From an uncultured Solirubrobacterales bacterium (GTDB lineage: Bacteria > Actinomycetota > Thermoleophilia > Solirubrobacterales > 70-9), in the NCBI GenBank assembly GCA_963769945.1, contig CAVYOA010000006.1:10040-74039 (forward strand): a stretch of 64,000 nt of DNA, in the 5' to 3' direction. A program made the position numbers and the translations under genes. Of this stretch, positions 1-10,973 are shown in pieces. Position 1 is the first letter of the stretch. Each line of letters starts with the position of its first letter. The notes under the pieces are model-generated. The model searched no databases, had not been told where the DNA came from, and saw nothing but the letters and a program-made list of their open reading frames with translations.

Positions 1-154
1 GAGTTCGCGGCGAAGGTGAGGGTCAGAAAGACCTACATCTACCGCGCCGTTGTCGACGAGTCACAGGCCTGCCTTACGGCGGAGTCGAACACGCAGAAGG
101 TTCGCGTCAAAGAGCCCGCCGGCTGAGGCCCTCGGCGTAGCAGCACGGCTTGAG

Positions 155-1042
155 CTACTGCGGTGCCCGCGCGGTCACCGCCCAAGTCGATGCTGGGGCG
201 ACGACGGCGCCGCCGTCAACGACGAAATCCGCAAGCGCCTTGCGCAGGTCGTCGGCGATCTTGGGCCTGATGTCATCGACGCGCTCGCCCCACATGCGCA
301 GCACCTCGGCAGCCGGGCCGAGCGCCAGGTTGAACGCGACCGCGTGCTCGAGGTCCTTGCCGATCTTGTACGGCAGGTCTTGGCGGGCGAGGCGTATGTC
401 CTCGTAGCCGGCATGCTTGAGCACGTCCGAGACGGTGTCCGCGTTGGCCATCGAGAACGGCCCCGGCCCGCAGCGGGGCGCATCGGAATCCTCCGGCTCC
501 TCGAGATACTCGGCGACGACGAGCTCGGCGCGGTGCATGCACTCGTTGTCGAGCTTGCGTCGCCAGACCACGATGTTCAAAAGACCGCCCGGCGCCAGCG
601 CCTCTCGCACGTTTCGAAGCGCCGCGACGGGGTTCGCGAAGAACATCGTGCCCATGCGTGAGAACGCATAGTCGAAAACTTGATCGAACTTCGTCACCTC
701 GATGTCGCAGGACTCAAAGCTGATGTTCTCGATGCCGGCATCGTCGGCCTCCGAGATCGCCGTTTCAATCATCCGCTCGGCAACATCTACGCCGTGCGCG
801 TGGCCGGCGCCGCCGACAATGTCCGCAAGGCGCACCGTCGTGTCCCCGAGCCCGCAACCGATGTCGAGTACGCGATCGCCACCGTGCGGCGGGTTGGCCG
901 CGAGCGCTGCTTCTCCGTGATTTCGCAGCCCCTCGGCGACGATGTCGCGGTACTGCATCCAGACATCGAACAGCGGGCCGTTCCAGGCCTCGGTTGCCTC
1001 GACGTTGTCTTCCACCACCCGGACGGCGTCTTGCACGATCAT
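155..1042 (-). CDS. class I SAM-dependent methyltransferase
   Basis: Last 295 codons of ORF 155..2320(-), starting at the in-frame ATG at 1042. SAM-binding motif I VLDIGCGLGDTT, followed by VDVAERMI and FDYAFSRMGTMFF, typical of the Methyltransf_11/25 fold. The upstream part of the 721-aa ORF is a chimeric read-through. Confidence 0.8.
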   Translation of the reverse strand: MIVQDAVRVVEDNVEATEAWNGPLFDVWMQYRDIVAEGLRNHGEAALAANPPHGGDRVLDIGCGLGDTTVRLADIVGGAGHAHGVDVAERMIETAISEADDAGIENISFESCDIEVTKFDQVFDYAFSRMGTMFFANPVAALRNVREALAPGGLLNIVVWRRKLDNECMHRAELVVAEYLEEPEDSDAPRCGPGPFSMANADTVSDVLKHAGYEDIRLARQDLPYKIGKDLEHAVAFNLALGPAAEVLRMWGERVDDIRPKIADDLRKALADFVVDGGAVVAPASTWAVTARAPQ

Positions 1043-1062
1043 TGAGTCTACGCGGCAACTGC

Positions 1063-2379
1063 CTAAGGAATGCCGGTGAACGTCTTGCGAACGAAGCCGG
1101 TACGGATGCGCTGGGGGTGGTCGCCGACCGGGATGTTGGCGATCGTCTTGCGCTTCTTGTAGGAGATGACCGAGATGTTGTCGGTGCCGCTCCAGGAGAC
1201 GTAGCAGCGCTTGCCGTTGGCGCTGGTCGTCGACCAGTACGGCTTCTCGCCCTCCTTGATCAGCTTGTAGCGGAAGCTGTTTCGCGAGACGATCGCCGCG
1301 TAGTCGGACATCGTTCCGGCGACGCACAGCAGCCTGTCGTTGCCGCTCAGGGCGATCCCGTGGTGCGCCGAGTCGAGCAGGTAGTTCTCGCGCGGCGTGT
1401 TCTTGGCCTCCTCGGAGATCGGCAGGTTGGCGACCCGCCTCACCCGGTCGAACTTGAGGTCGTACTCGACGAAGCCGTGAAAGAAGGAGACCTGGAGATA
1501 GACGAAGCGCTCGTTCGGACGACAGCGCCATCGGGCGCACCGCGGAGCTCATGTTCGGATAGCCGGCCTCGGCCAGCTTCTGGCCCATGTCGATGCGCTC
1601 GAGGATCTCGTTGGTGTCGGCGTCGACGATCTGAAAGAAGCGCTCGCCCTTGCTCGTGTCGGTCGACCGGCGTGTCGGCGGGCGTGTAGACGAGGCCGAT
1701 GCTGGCGTGGTAGATCCGCTAGCCGTCCTCGGAGTAGGTGTTCTCGTGCGGCGAGTCGCCGGACGCGAAGCGCCCGACCTCGAGGCCGGTCTTGGTGTCG
1801 AGGATGTGGACGACGTTGCCGGTCGAGGCCGAGACGGCGACGTTGCGTGCCGTCGGGCGAGATCGCCATGTGGTCGGAGCGCTGCCCATCGACGACGAAG
1901 CGCCAGACGATCTCGCCGCTGGCGAGGTCGAGCGCGATGACATCGCGAAAGCTCGGACGCGAGACGATCAGCAGCCGGCCGTCGTTGGACGAGTACATGT
2001 CGTCGACGTACTGGTCGTTGCCCTCGCCGACGAGCTCGCGGATCGCGAGGAAGTAGCCGAGGCGCTCGGGGTCGGTGGCGATCTCGGCCATCCGCTCCTC
2101 GATGTCGGGGATGATGTTGATCCGGGCCAGTCGTCTGAACTTGCCGCGCGGGACGATGACGTCGGCGGTGCCCTCCCAGTTGTTGCCGACGAACAGCACC
2201 TCGCGCTTGCCGCGCAGCTTCGGCTTCGCCGACAGCGAGCTGGCATCGATGGGCTGTCGGGTGTACGCGCCGGCGCGGCTCTTCGCTGCCGCGCGGCGAG
2301 AGCCAGGGTGAGGAAGGCAATTGCAGAGCGATCCCGCCAACGCAGCAGCCACGTTGCGGGCGAGAGACGATCGGGCCAT
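1063..2379 (-). pseudogene. YncE/YVTN-type beta-propeller repeat protein, disrupted (3 frameshifts plus an in-frame TAG)
   Basis: The protein can only be rebuilt by frame hopping. It starts MARSSL...LFVGNNWEGTADVIV...HMAISPDG in the frame of ORF 1549..2823. It continues ARNVAVSASTGNVVHILDTKTGLEVGRFASGDSPHENTYSEDG-TAG-RIYHASIGLVYTPADTP in the frame of ORF 1719..1943. Next comes KGERFFQIVDADTNEILERIDMGQKLAEAGYPNMSSAVRPMAL in the frame of 155..2320, then NERFVYLQVSFFHGF...ANIPVGDHPQRIRTGF in ORF 1063..1443. The ISPDG/VGDHP repeats are propeller-like. Confidence 0.6.
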
Positions 2380-2428
2380 GGCCCGAACCCTAACCAGTGG
2401 GCGCGGGCTCCGGTTGGCGGCACTCGCA

Positions 2429-2823
2429 TTATCACTGCCGGCCAGATGTCGGCCTCGGCGATCTCGAGCAGGTTGCCGGCTGGATCGTTGAAATAGAACG
2501 AGCGTCGTCCACCCTGCCACTCCTGCTCGTGCGTGATCTCGACATCCGCCTGCGTCAGGCGCTGCTTGAGGTCCTCGTAGTGCTCGCCGCTCTGCCGCCA
2601 GCAGGCAGACGTGACCTGGCCCGGTCGAGCCATGGCGAGCGATCGGCCCGTCGACGCTCGCGCAAGTGCCTCGCGCTCGAAGAGCAAGAGCACGCCGTTT
2701 CCGATTCGATATGCACGGCTGCCCGGCCCAGCTTGAGACTGTGCGCAGCTCGAGCACGTCGGAGTAGAAGCTCTCCGTCGTCTCGAGCTCGCCTGCCGAG
2801 CAGTAGACGCAGGTCTCGAGCAC
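2429..2823 (-). pseudogene. VOC/glyoxalase-bleomycin-resistance family protein, frame-disrupted; 3' end uncertain
   Basis: MLETCVYCSAGELETTESFYSDVLEL and GPIARHGSTGPGHVCLLAA lie in one frame. AYRIGNGVLLLFEREA and EHYEDLKQRLTQADVEITHEQEWQGGRRSFYFNDPAGNLLEIAEADIWP lie in another. Together they read as a typical VOC domain of about 130 aa needing about 3 shifts. No stop occurs in the final frame; a TGATAA sits at 2429-2434 in the third frame. Confidence 0.5.
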
Positions 2824-2847
2824 GCCGCTGAGAGCGTTCGCGGCGAC

Positions 2848-5167
2848 TCACGCGTGGTGTCGGCGGGCCGGACCGCCCGGAGGAATCGCGACGAAACCGC
2901 GCAGCCGGCGAATCGGACCGCCGCGCGAAAGCGCCTCGCGCAGCGCCCTGCGCGAGCTCGGTCCCGGCGGCGGCGATGCAACGGCCGCGAAGCGATGCAG
3001 TCGCAAGCCTTCGGTGTAGTTGACAACGGCGCTGCGGCCGGCCGCGGCGAAACGCCGCTCGAGCTCGAGCAGCGTCATCTCGCGAGGAGCGTGCCAGCCG
3101 AGGCGCTCGAGCGCAGAGCGCAACTCGGCGAGCTGGGCGTCGACGCACCCACCACGCCGAAGCACGCGCCGTCGGCGCCAGGCAATCACCGAGCCGATAA
3201 CCACGAGCGTGATCGCCACCGCGATGAGGGCGAGGACTAACGTCGCGAACATGCTGCGCCCCTGCGCGGTCTCAGCGACGATGCCGCCTTCGAGCGCGGC
3301 CTCGAGGCTGCGCGCGCGCCCGATCCCGTCGGTTGGGATCGAGGAATCGGTAGAGGCTAAGGGCGGCATCGAGGTTGCCCGCGTTGGACTGCGATTGGGC
3401 CGGCGCCGAGGCCGGCGTGGGGTCGAAGGTGGTCCAGCCGATGCCGCGGAAGTAGACCTCGACCCAGGCATGGGCATCGAAGTCCTCGACCTCATAGACA
3501 CCGTCGCCGGCATCGAGGGTTCCCGGCGCAAAGCCCGATACGACACGGCTCGGGATTCCGACCATGCGCAGCATCAGCGCCATCGTTCCGGAGAACTGCT
3601 GGCAGTAGCCGGCCTGATCTTGGCCGACGAAGGTGGCGAGCGGATATGTCGCCTGATCGACATTCGGGGTGTAGTCGTACTTTGTGCGCAGGTGGCGATC
3701 GATCGCCTGTACCGCCTCGAAGGGCCCGTCGGCATCAGCCGTGAGCTCACGCGCCAAGCCCCTGGATCTCGCCGTAGGGCGACGCTTCCAATAGAGCCTC
3801 GAGACGTCGGTCTCGCTCGCTGCCCCAGAGCGGCATCTCGATCGCGGCCGAGGGTGCGAAGCCGGAGACGACTTCCACGGCCGAGCCGGGACCCGCACTC
3901 GAGGAGGCAGGACCGACATTTCGGACAACGTTCTGGCGCGACGGCAGGCCGATCAGCGTCGCACCCGCGAAGCTGCTGCTTCGGATAGCTCGCGGGCGCT
4001 TGGCGCAGCTCGGCGCTCGTCGGCTGCGGGTAGTAGCTGGTGATCGAGTACTCGTCGCCGTTTTGCAGCGGCTCCTCCAGCAGCGAAAGGGTGCCGTCGC
4101 GGCTGAGCTGGGCCCCGGCGAGGCCGTTGGTCGCCAAGACCGACCCCGCCCCGACCACGACGTCGCTCTCCAGCGCGGCAATCTCGAAATCCAGGGGGAC
4201 GACCCAGTCGCGATGGTTCTCGAGCGCCTCAGCACCGGGGAGTCGGTCACGTGCCCTGATCTCGGGCAGTGCGAGGCGATCGGCGCCATCGGCACGCTGC
4301 CAGGTAAAGCCGTCGAATCGGTCGAGGACGCTCGCTTTCCAATACATCGGCGCCTCGCTTCTGACTTCAAGCAGGGTCGTCCCCTTACGCGGCCATTCGA
4401 GCGGGCCGTAGGAGTGATTCCAGTCGAACACGACCTCGCTGTCGCGCCCGAACCAATCCCAACTCTCGTAGTCCCAGACGGCGCGCTCGCCGCCGATCGC
4501 GACCGAGACCGGAACGGCCAGAGCGCCGGCACCGGCGATCGCCGCCAGCGCGAGCCCCGCGCGGCGCCGACCGAGACCAGGAAGCCAGAGCCAGGTCGCG
4601 CAGAGTGAAAAGCAAGATGGCGCCAAGCAGGAGCTCTGCCTCGGGCGCGTCGAGCGTGGCGGGGAATCCGTAAAGCACGACCAGCGGCACCAGCGCGAGC
4701 GCTCGCGACAGCGGCCGGCGTCGGCGCGAAAGAAAGGCCAGTGCGGCGGCGAGGCCAAGCAACGCCGGCACGCCCAGCAGCAGCGTCAGCCGAATCGCGT
4801 CATCGCCGTCCGCATAGGGCAACGTCGTGTCCTCGATCCCCGCAAGCCCGCGGCTGATCTCGTCGATCAGCTCGGCCCAGTTGCCCGGTGCGAGCAGACT
4901 CGCCTCAAGGCCGACGACAACCATCGCCGCACCGGTTGCGACAACCAGTAGCGACGCCGACACGACCCGCTCGACGCCGCGCTGAATCGGCGAACGCACG
5001 AGAAGCTGGACCACGAGAGCCGCGGCGCAGATGATTGCGAGCGCCGCGACAAGACGCCCGAGCGGCGGCTCGGCGACCAGCCGCGACCACTGCCAGAGGC
5101 CGAAGGCACCGAGGGCGGCAAACAGCGCGAACTCGGTCGCCAACGCGGATCGAGCGCTGCGGTTCAC
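2848..5167 (-). pseudogene. transglutaminase-domain membrane protein (TgpA-like), disrupted by about 4 frameshifts
   Basis: N-terminal multi-TM part in ORF 4385..5167, middle part in ORF 3574..4758 and 3747..4532. The catalytic core is in ORF 3272..3928 (GYCQQF Cys motif, DAHAWVEVYF His motif). The C-terminal TM plus helical domain is in ORF 2848..3546. It lies directly downstream of the MoxR and DUF58 genes, a known gene triad. Confidence 0.7.
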
Positions 5168-6285
5168 GCTGCGGTGCGCATCGCCCGGCCCGCCCTCGAG
5201 CTGATCAGGCGTCCCTCACAACCGGCGACGGTGAACGCCGCCGCTCGTGAAGCCACCGCTGCCGGAGTGACCAAATAGCGCCCGGCGCTGCCGCCCGAAC
5301 GCAGCGCCGGCGGCAGCGCCGGGCGCAGCTGCGCGGTGACCCAGAAGACCGCCCCGCTTCTCAGCGCCTTCAGCGCCATCGGCGGGCGCCCACCGGCCTC
5401 GAGCAAAGCCAAACGAGCGTGCACCTGTGGCCAGGCGCGCATGTCGGCCTCGATCTCGATCGGCCGACGATCGCCCGGCAGGAGCACTGCGCAGCCGCCC
5501 GCCTGCGCCAGATGAGAGCAAAGCGACGCGGCGGCGCGAACCGCAGCGTCGAGCGCCTGCCGAGACTGTGGACGGGTGGCGTCGACAGCGACCAACGGCG
5601 CCGCATCGGCGCCGGCGATCAGCCGGCGCTCGACCAGCTCACCGGTCCTCGCCACCGCTGGCCAGTGGATCCGCGAGGCCGGACTGCCCTCGCGATAGGC
5701 GCGCAGGCCGTCCACCTCGAGCTCGATCGCGCGTGTATCGAGACGGCTGGCTGCGGCGCCGTCCTCGAGTCCGGCGATCGAGCTCGTGGCGATCCCGTCG
5801 GCGCCGCGCCCAGCGGCGAGCACCGACTCGATCCGCGGCAAAACGAAGAGCTCGCCGGGGTCATCGCTTTCGACGATCTCGACACGCAGGCCAAGGGGAT
5901 CGCGAACTTCAAGCCGCGCTGGGCCAAGTCGCCGCATCCCCCTGCCGCTGAAGGTGACCTCCTGCTCGTAGTGCCCCGGCCAGCGCGGGCCGACGCGAAG
6001 CGACGTCGCCAACGTAGCGTCGGTGAGCTCGCCGCCGGGAGGCGGCACGCGGGCGCCGTGGGCGTGAATGCAAAGCGGGTAGGCCTGCCCCTCGACGATC
6101 CGCGCCGGTCCTGGTGCCCGCTCCAGTCGCCGGGGTGTTGCCAGCCCGACCCAGATCACCGCTGCCGCCGCCAAACCGCAGAGGCCGACACCGGCGACCA
6201 GCAGCGACGGGGAGGCGAATCCGATGCCGCTGACAAGCAGGGCGGCGCCGAGTATCGCCGCGGTCAGCGCTCCGGACATCCGCAT
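5164..6285 (-). CDS. DUF58 domain protein (MoxR-associated, vWA-like)
   Basis: 373-aa intact ORF with an N-terminal double TM helix. DUF58-like core (LFVLPRIESV, LRAYREGSPASRIHWPAVARTGELVERR). Its 4-nt overlap with the transglutaminase start and its position after MoxR fit the conserved operon. Confidence 0.75.
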   Translation of the reverse strand: MRMSGALTAAILGAALLVSGIGFASPSLLVAGVGLCGLAAAAVIWVGLATPRRLERAPGPARIVEGQAYPLCIHAHGARVPPPGGELTDATLATSLRVGPRWPGHYEQEVTFSGRGMRRLGPARLEVRDPLGLRVEIVESDDPGELFVLPRIESVLAAGRGADGIATSSIAGLEDGAAASRLDTRAIELEVDGLRAYREGSPASRIHWPAVARTGELVERRLIAGADAAPLVAVDATRPQSRQALDAAVRAAASLCSHLAQAGGCAVLLPGDRRPIEIEADMRAWPQVHARLALLEAGGRPPMALKALRSGAVFWVTAQLRPALPPALRSGGSAGRYLVTPAAVASRAAAFTVAGCEGRLISSRAGRAMRTAA

Positions 6286-6299
6286 CGGCGTCGGGCTCC

Positions 6300-7256
6300 T
6301 CAGAGTGCGGGAACGCGCTCGAGCGCGTCGTCGATGATCGCCGTCGCGTCGCCGTCGGACGCCTGCGGCGCCAGCAGCAGGCGGTGTTCGAGCACCGAAT
6401 GCGCCAGCGCCTGGACATCGTCGGGAAGCACGTGGTCTCGTGACTCCAGCGCAGCTCGGGACTTTGCGGCGCGAAACAGCATCAGCACGGCTCGCGGGCT
6501 CGCCCCGAGCTCGACCCGCGAATCGACCCGGGTTGCCTCGCCGACGGCGACGGCGTAGCGGCGCAGGGCCTCGCTGCCGTGGACGAGGCTGACCGCCGCC
6601 TGGGCGGCGCGCACGGTGCTCACATCCATCACCGCCTCGAGGTCATGGACGACGTCATGGCGAGCGTGATCGGCGAGCATGTCTGCCTCGTCGGCGGCGC
6701 TTGGGTAACCGAGCGAGACGCGGACCATGAAGCGATCGAGCTGTGCCTCGGGCAGCGGATATGTCCCCTCGTACTCGGCTGGATTCTGCGTCGCGATGAC
6801 GACGAAGGGCTGAGCGAGCTCGTGCTGGAGGCCGTCGACAGTGACGTGGCGCTCCTGCATGCACTCGAGCAGGCCCGACTGCGTCTTGGGCGAGGAGCGA
6901 TTGATCTCGTCGACCAAGACGACGTTGGCGAAGACCGGTCCGGGGTGGAACTCGAAGCGGCTCTCACGCTGATTGAAGACGTTGGTGCCGACGATGTCCG
7001 CCGGAAGCAGATCGGCGGTGCACTGAACGCGGGCATAGTCGGCGTCGATCGAGCGCGCCAGCGACCGGGCCAGCGCCGTCTTGCCGACTCCCGGATAGTC
7101 CTCGATCAGGACATGACCCTCGGCAAACAGCGCGACCAGCACGTCCGCCATCACGTCGTCGTCGATCTTGACCGCCCGTTGCACGTTCTCGCGCAGCCTC
7201 GTCGCGACATCGGCGACCGCGCCCGGCTCGAGTTCAGGAAGCTCCGGCGTAGCCAT
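6300..7256 (-). CDS. MoxR-family AAA+ ATPase
   Basis: 318-aa intact ORF. Walker A YPGVGKTALA, Walker B VVLVDEINRSSPKTQSGLLECMQE, and the typical MoxR C-terminal helical lid. Confidence 0.9.
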   Translation of the reverse strand: MATPELPELEPGAVADVATRLRENVQRAVKIDDDVMADVLVALFAEGHVLIEDYPGVGKTALARSLARSIDADYARVQCTADLLPADIVGTNVFNQRESRFEFHPGPVFANVVLVDEINRSSPKTQSGLLECMQERHVTVDGLQHELAQPFVVIATQNPAEYEGTYPLPEAQLDRFMVRVSLGYPSAADEADMLADHARHDVVHDLEAVMDVSTVRAAQAAVSLVHGSEALRRYAVAVGEATRVDSRVELGASPRAVLMLFRAAKSRAALESRDHVLPDDVQALAHSVLEHRLLLAPQASDGDATAIIDDALERVPAL

Positions 7257-7606
7257 TCACCAATGGTACGTACCGGGCAGTGTCCGCGGTTCAGATCCGA
7301 TTTGTATGGGAAGCAAGCGGGCTAGCCGTGGCGGCAGCCGGGGGTACGCCACAGCGCCTGCTTCCGAGGTGCGCCCCGGTCGCGCGGCTCGCGGGCGGCA
7401 GGCCATCCCGAGCCGGCGGGCAGAGCCCGCATCGCCGAAGGTAGAGGCAGCTGCGGACGCTGCGTAAGGGGACGAAAATGCGGTCCGGGGGCGACCGACT
7501 CTGCCTGCCACGTGCGTAGCCTTCGCACGAACGAAGCTTTGTGGTCGCGCTTCGAGTGGTGTCCGGCTGCTTGGCTTCCGCCGCCTTCTTCCTCTCTCCC
7601 GAACCG
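7257..7606 (-). other. long GC-rich structured 5' leader of the moxR operon, or an independent ncRNA; family unassigned
   Basis: No convincing ORF in 429 bp. Several long helices: 7309-7319 pairs with 7355-7365, enclosing 7328-7333 paired with 7347-7352, and a hairpin at 7511-7529. The palindrome GGTACGTACC at 7265-7274 lies just upstream of the moxR ATG. A promoter sits at 7614-7642. Confidence 0.3.
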
Positions 7607-7613
7607 CAGGATC

Positions 7614-7642
7614 AACTTATGACGACGTTCGTGAGGTGTCAA
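7614..7642 (-). promoter_or_regulatory. sigma-70-type promoter (TTGACA, 17 nt spacer, TAAGTT)
   Basis: Minus strand reads ccccTTGACAcctcacgaacgtcgtcaTAAGTTgatcc. The -35 is perfect (7642..7637), the spacer is 17 nt, and the -10 fits TANNNT (7619..7614). It stands out in a GC-rich background. Confidence 0.45.
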
Positions 7643-7685
7643 GGGGTCGCTCCTCGACAAGCCCGCAGTTTCCGCGAAAACGCGG

Positions 7686-8378
7686 TCAGCGACGCCGCGC
7701 TGGCGGTTCCTTGCGCGCCAGATCGCGAAGATTTCGCGCCGCTCGCCCTACCAGCAGGACGAGCATCGTCGCGGCGATCGCGAGGCCGATGACGTCGAAC
7801 ACGGTCAGCTGGAGATCGGCGAACACGAAGTCGAGGCCCGCGCCGAGAGCGACGATCGTGTTCAACACGATCAGGATCAGCCTGATCTCGGTTGGGCCGA
7901 CGTAGCCGTAGCCGATCGAGAAGCGGTTAAAGGCAAAGCTCTCGAGATAGACGTTGATCGAGAGGATGAGATAGGCGACGACGATCAGCGTCCCGGTCGA
8001 CAGCAGCATCAAGGGTGAGAGCCCGAGTCCAAGTCCGATCGCAGCGGTCGCGATCGCATCGACAAGGTGGTCGAGGTAGTAGCCATAGGTCGGGCGCTCG
8101 ATCGCGCGCACCCGCGCCAGCGTGCCGTCGAGCGAGTCGCCGAACCACTGCAACACCAAGAGCCCGCTGGCGACCCAGAGCCAGGCGATGTCCTCGTTCG
8201 AGAGCTGGTAGGCGACGCAGACGCCAAACGCCGCCAGCACGCCAAGCGCGGTGAGGTCGTCAGGCAGCACCCAGCGCGGGAGCCGCGCTGCGATCCAGCG
8301 CAGTAGCCGCTTCTCAGGCTCCGCCAGCAAGAAGCTCGCCTCGCGCGTGGCGTCTACGGACCTCTCCAGCTCAGCCAT
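7686..8378 (-). CDS. CDP-alcohol phosphatidyltransferase family protein
   Basis: 230-aa intact ORF, polytopic. Signature DSLDGTLARV...GYYLDHLVDAIATAA matches D(x)2DG(x)2AR...G(x)3D(x)3D. Confidence 0.85.
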   Translation of the reverse strand: MAELERSVDATREASFLLAEPEKRLLRWIAARLPRWVLPDDLTALGVLAAFGVCVAYQLSNEDIAWLWVASGLLVLQWFGDSLDGTLARVRAIERPTYGYYLDHLVDAIATAAIGLGLGLSPLMLLSTGTLIVVAYLILSINVYLESFAFNRFSIGYGYVGPTEIRLILIVLNTIVALGAGLDFVFADLQLTVFDVIGLAIAATMLVLLVGRAARNLRDLARKEPPARRR

Positions 8379-8435
8379 CGCACCCTTTACCCGGATCGGC
8401 GCGAACAGTTTCTCGGCGGGATAGATTCACGCGCC

Positions 8436-10945
8436 ATGCGCCTCCCCGTTCCCGAGCCTTTCTGCTCACGGGCCTCATCTGTCTTTGCCCCGCCCCTCTC
8501 AGCTCGGCCGCACCGGTCGGCGACTCTGAGACAGAACATGCGTCGGCAGCCGCAGGCGCCCGAGCGGCGAAGGCTCGCGGGCTGCGAGCGACGATCCGCC
8601 GGACCAGGTACGGCGTCCCTCACATCAAGGCGCGCAACTGGAAGTCGGCGGGCTTCGGCTACGCCCACGCCTTCGCCGCCGACAACCTCTGCACGATCGC
8701 CGACAGCTACGTCACGGTCGCCGGCGAGCGCTCGCGCTACTTCGGCCCCGACGCCTCGTGGACGTTCTCCGGCAACGGCGCCGTCATCAACAACCTCGAC
8801 TCCGACTTCTTCTACACGCAGATCAACGACTCGCGGATCATCGAGGACCTGATGACCCGCGAGCCGCCGGAGGGCCCGCTGCCCGAGCTGAGGAAGGTCG
8901 TCAGCGGCTACGTCGCCGGCTACAACGACTACCTCGCAGAGGTCGGCGTCGAGCCGCCTTCCCGACGAGCGCTGTCGCGGCGCCGACTGGGTGCGCCCGA
9001 TCACCAAGCTCGACGTCTACCGGCGTTTTCACCAGCTCGGCAGCCTCGCCAGCGCGGGCGCTGCGATCGCTGGAATCGCCGAGGCCGCGCCTGCCGGCCC
9101 TGCCCCGCGAGTCGAGGCCGCGAGGGCAGAGCGAGACCGCGCCGTGGATCAGCTGGTCTCGGGCGAAGCCGCTGAGTTCTTTCCGCTCGACAGCGGCTCC
9201 AACGCATACGGGCTCGGCACGGAGGCGACGACGAACGGGCGCGGCATGGTGCTGGGCAACCCGCACTTCCCGTGGGACGGCGCCGAGCGCCTCTATCAGG
9301 CTCACATCACGATCCCGGGCAAGCTCGACGTCTCCGGTGCCAGGCTCTACGGCGTCCCGGCGGTGCTGATCGGCCACACTCGCGGACTGGCCTGGTCGCA
9401 CACGGTCGCCTCGGCGTGGCGCTTCACCCCGTTCGAGCTTCAGCTCGTCCCCGGCGACCCCTACTCCTACATCGTCGACGGACAGGTGAAGAAGATGCAG
9501 GCGCGGACGAGTGACGGTGGAGGCGCAAGACCGCAGACGGCGCCCTCGAAGCCGCGCACGCCGCACGCTCTACAGCACCGAGTACGGGCCGATGCTGACC
9601 TCGATCCTCGGCCTGCCGCTGTTCCCATGGACGCCGCTGAAGGGCTATGCGCTTGGCGACGCCAACTACGAGAACTTCCGCTACCTCAATCACTTCGTCG
9701 CCACCGACCAGGCTCAATCCGTGCGCCAGTACGACCGCATCCAGCGCACCTACCAGGGCATTCCCTGGGTCAACAGCATCGCCGCCGATCGCCGCGGCGA
9801 GGCCTACTACTCGATGGATGGCGCGATCCCGAACGTCAGCGACGACAAGGCGACGACGTGCGCCGGGTCACTCGGGGTCTCGGTCTTTCCCGCCACCGGG
9901 ATCCCGATCCTCGACGGCTCGCGCGCAGCATGCAACTGGGACACCGACGCCGACTCGATCGTCGGTGGCATCTTCGGACCGAGCCGGATCCCGCGCCTAT
10001 TTCGCGACGACTACGTCACCAACGGCAACGACAGCCACTGGCTCTCCAACCCCGAGCAGCCGCTCGAAGGCTACGAGCGCGTGATCGGCGACGAGCGCAC
10101 GCCAGCGCTCGCTGCGCACGAGGCTCGGCCTGGTGATGGTGCAGCAGCGCATCGCCGGCACCGACGGCAAGCGTGGCAAGGGATTCTCGCTGCGCAAGCT
10201 GTCGCGGGTCGCGCTCGGCAATCGCCAGTACGCCGGCGAGCTCTGGCGCGATCAGCTCGTCGCCCTGTGCAACCAAAGCCCCTCGGCTCAGGTCCAGGCC
10301 GCGTGCCCGGTGCTCGCGGGCTGGAGCGGGCGAAACGATCTCGATGCGCCCGGAGCCGTGCTGTTTCAGCGCTTCACCGAGCGTCTGCTCGACAACTTCC
10401 AAAGCGTGCCGACAGGCGTCTCCAGCAGCCAAGCCACAGGCGACGCGAGCATCTATGACAACGGCTTCGACGTCACGGATCCCGTCAACACGCCCAACGG
10501 CCTCAACACCGAGAACCCCGCCGTCGCCGCCGCGCTCGAGGGCGCCGTCAGCGACCTCGCGGGGGCGGGCATCCCCGTTGATGGCACCCTGCGCGAGTTC
10601 CAGTACGACGTTCGCGCCGGCAAGCGCATCCCGATCCACGGCGGGCCCGGGACGCTGGGCATCTTCAACGCGATCAACTCGACCTGGAGCCCCGACGCGG
10701 GCTACTCCAACGTCCCCCACGGCTCGAGCTTCATCGCCGCAATGGGCTTCTTCGGCAAGAAGGCGGAATGCCCGGTGCGCTCGCTGACCTTCGTCACCTA
10801 CGGCCAGTCCGAGAACGAGCGCTCGCCGCACGCGGGCGACTACGCCAAGGCTTTCTCGCGCAAACGCTGGAACCGAGTGCCGTTCTGCGCCGACCAGGTG
10901 CGCCGCAAGACGCTTGACATCGAGCGGGTCACGGCTCGGCGCTGA
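8436..10945 (+). pseudogene. penicillin acylase / acyl-homoserine-lactone acylase family (Ntn hydrolase), disrupted by at least 4 frameshifts
   Basis: A signal-peptide-like start (MRLPVPEPF / LLTGLICLCPAPLSSAAP) is followed by ATIRRTRYGVPHIKARNWKSAGFGYAHAFAADNLC. The Ntn nucleophile region is LDSGSNAYGLG...GNPHFPW (ORF 8991..10136). The middle is in ORF 9511..10458 and the C-terminus in ORF 10133..10945. Frames change near 8460, 8950, 9510-9570 and 10100. Confidence 0.7.
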
Positions 10946-10973
10946 AGGGCCGCCGCGAGCTAGCGTTGGCGCG

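Noticed and set aside
155-2320. 721-aa ORF listed as a single protein.
   Set aside because: Only the last 295 codons (methyltransferase) and a short internal stretch (a fragment of the beta-propeller gene) make sense. The rest is read-through in a stop-poor frame.
7288-7560. Possible RNase P RNA, tmRNA, SRP RNA, cobalamin riboswitch or tRNA in the moxR-upstream spacer. The cues were GGTTCAGATCC at 7288-7298 (T-loop-like), GGGAAGC...CGCCACAG, a GGAA tetraloop followed by AGCAGCC, and an AAADAA-stop reading frame.
   Set aside because: There is no GAGGAAAGUCCGG (RNase P P4). There is no acceptor or T-arm pairing and no CCA-proximal structure for tmRNA or tRNA. Closing helices for SRP are missing. 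The B12-box match is poor, and the plus-strand orientation has no downstream gene. I kept it only as an unassigned structured leader.
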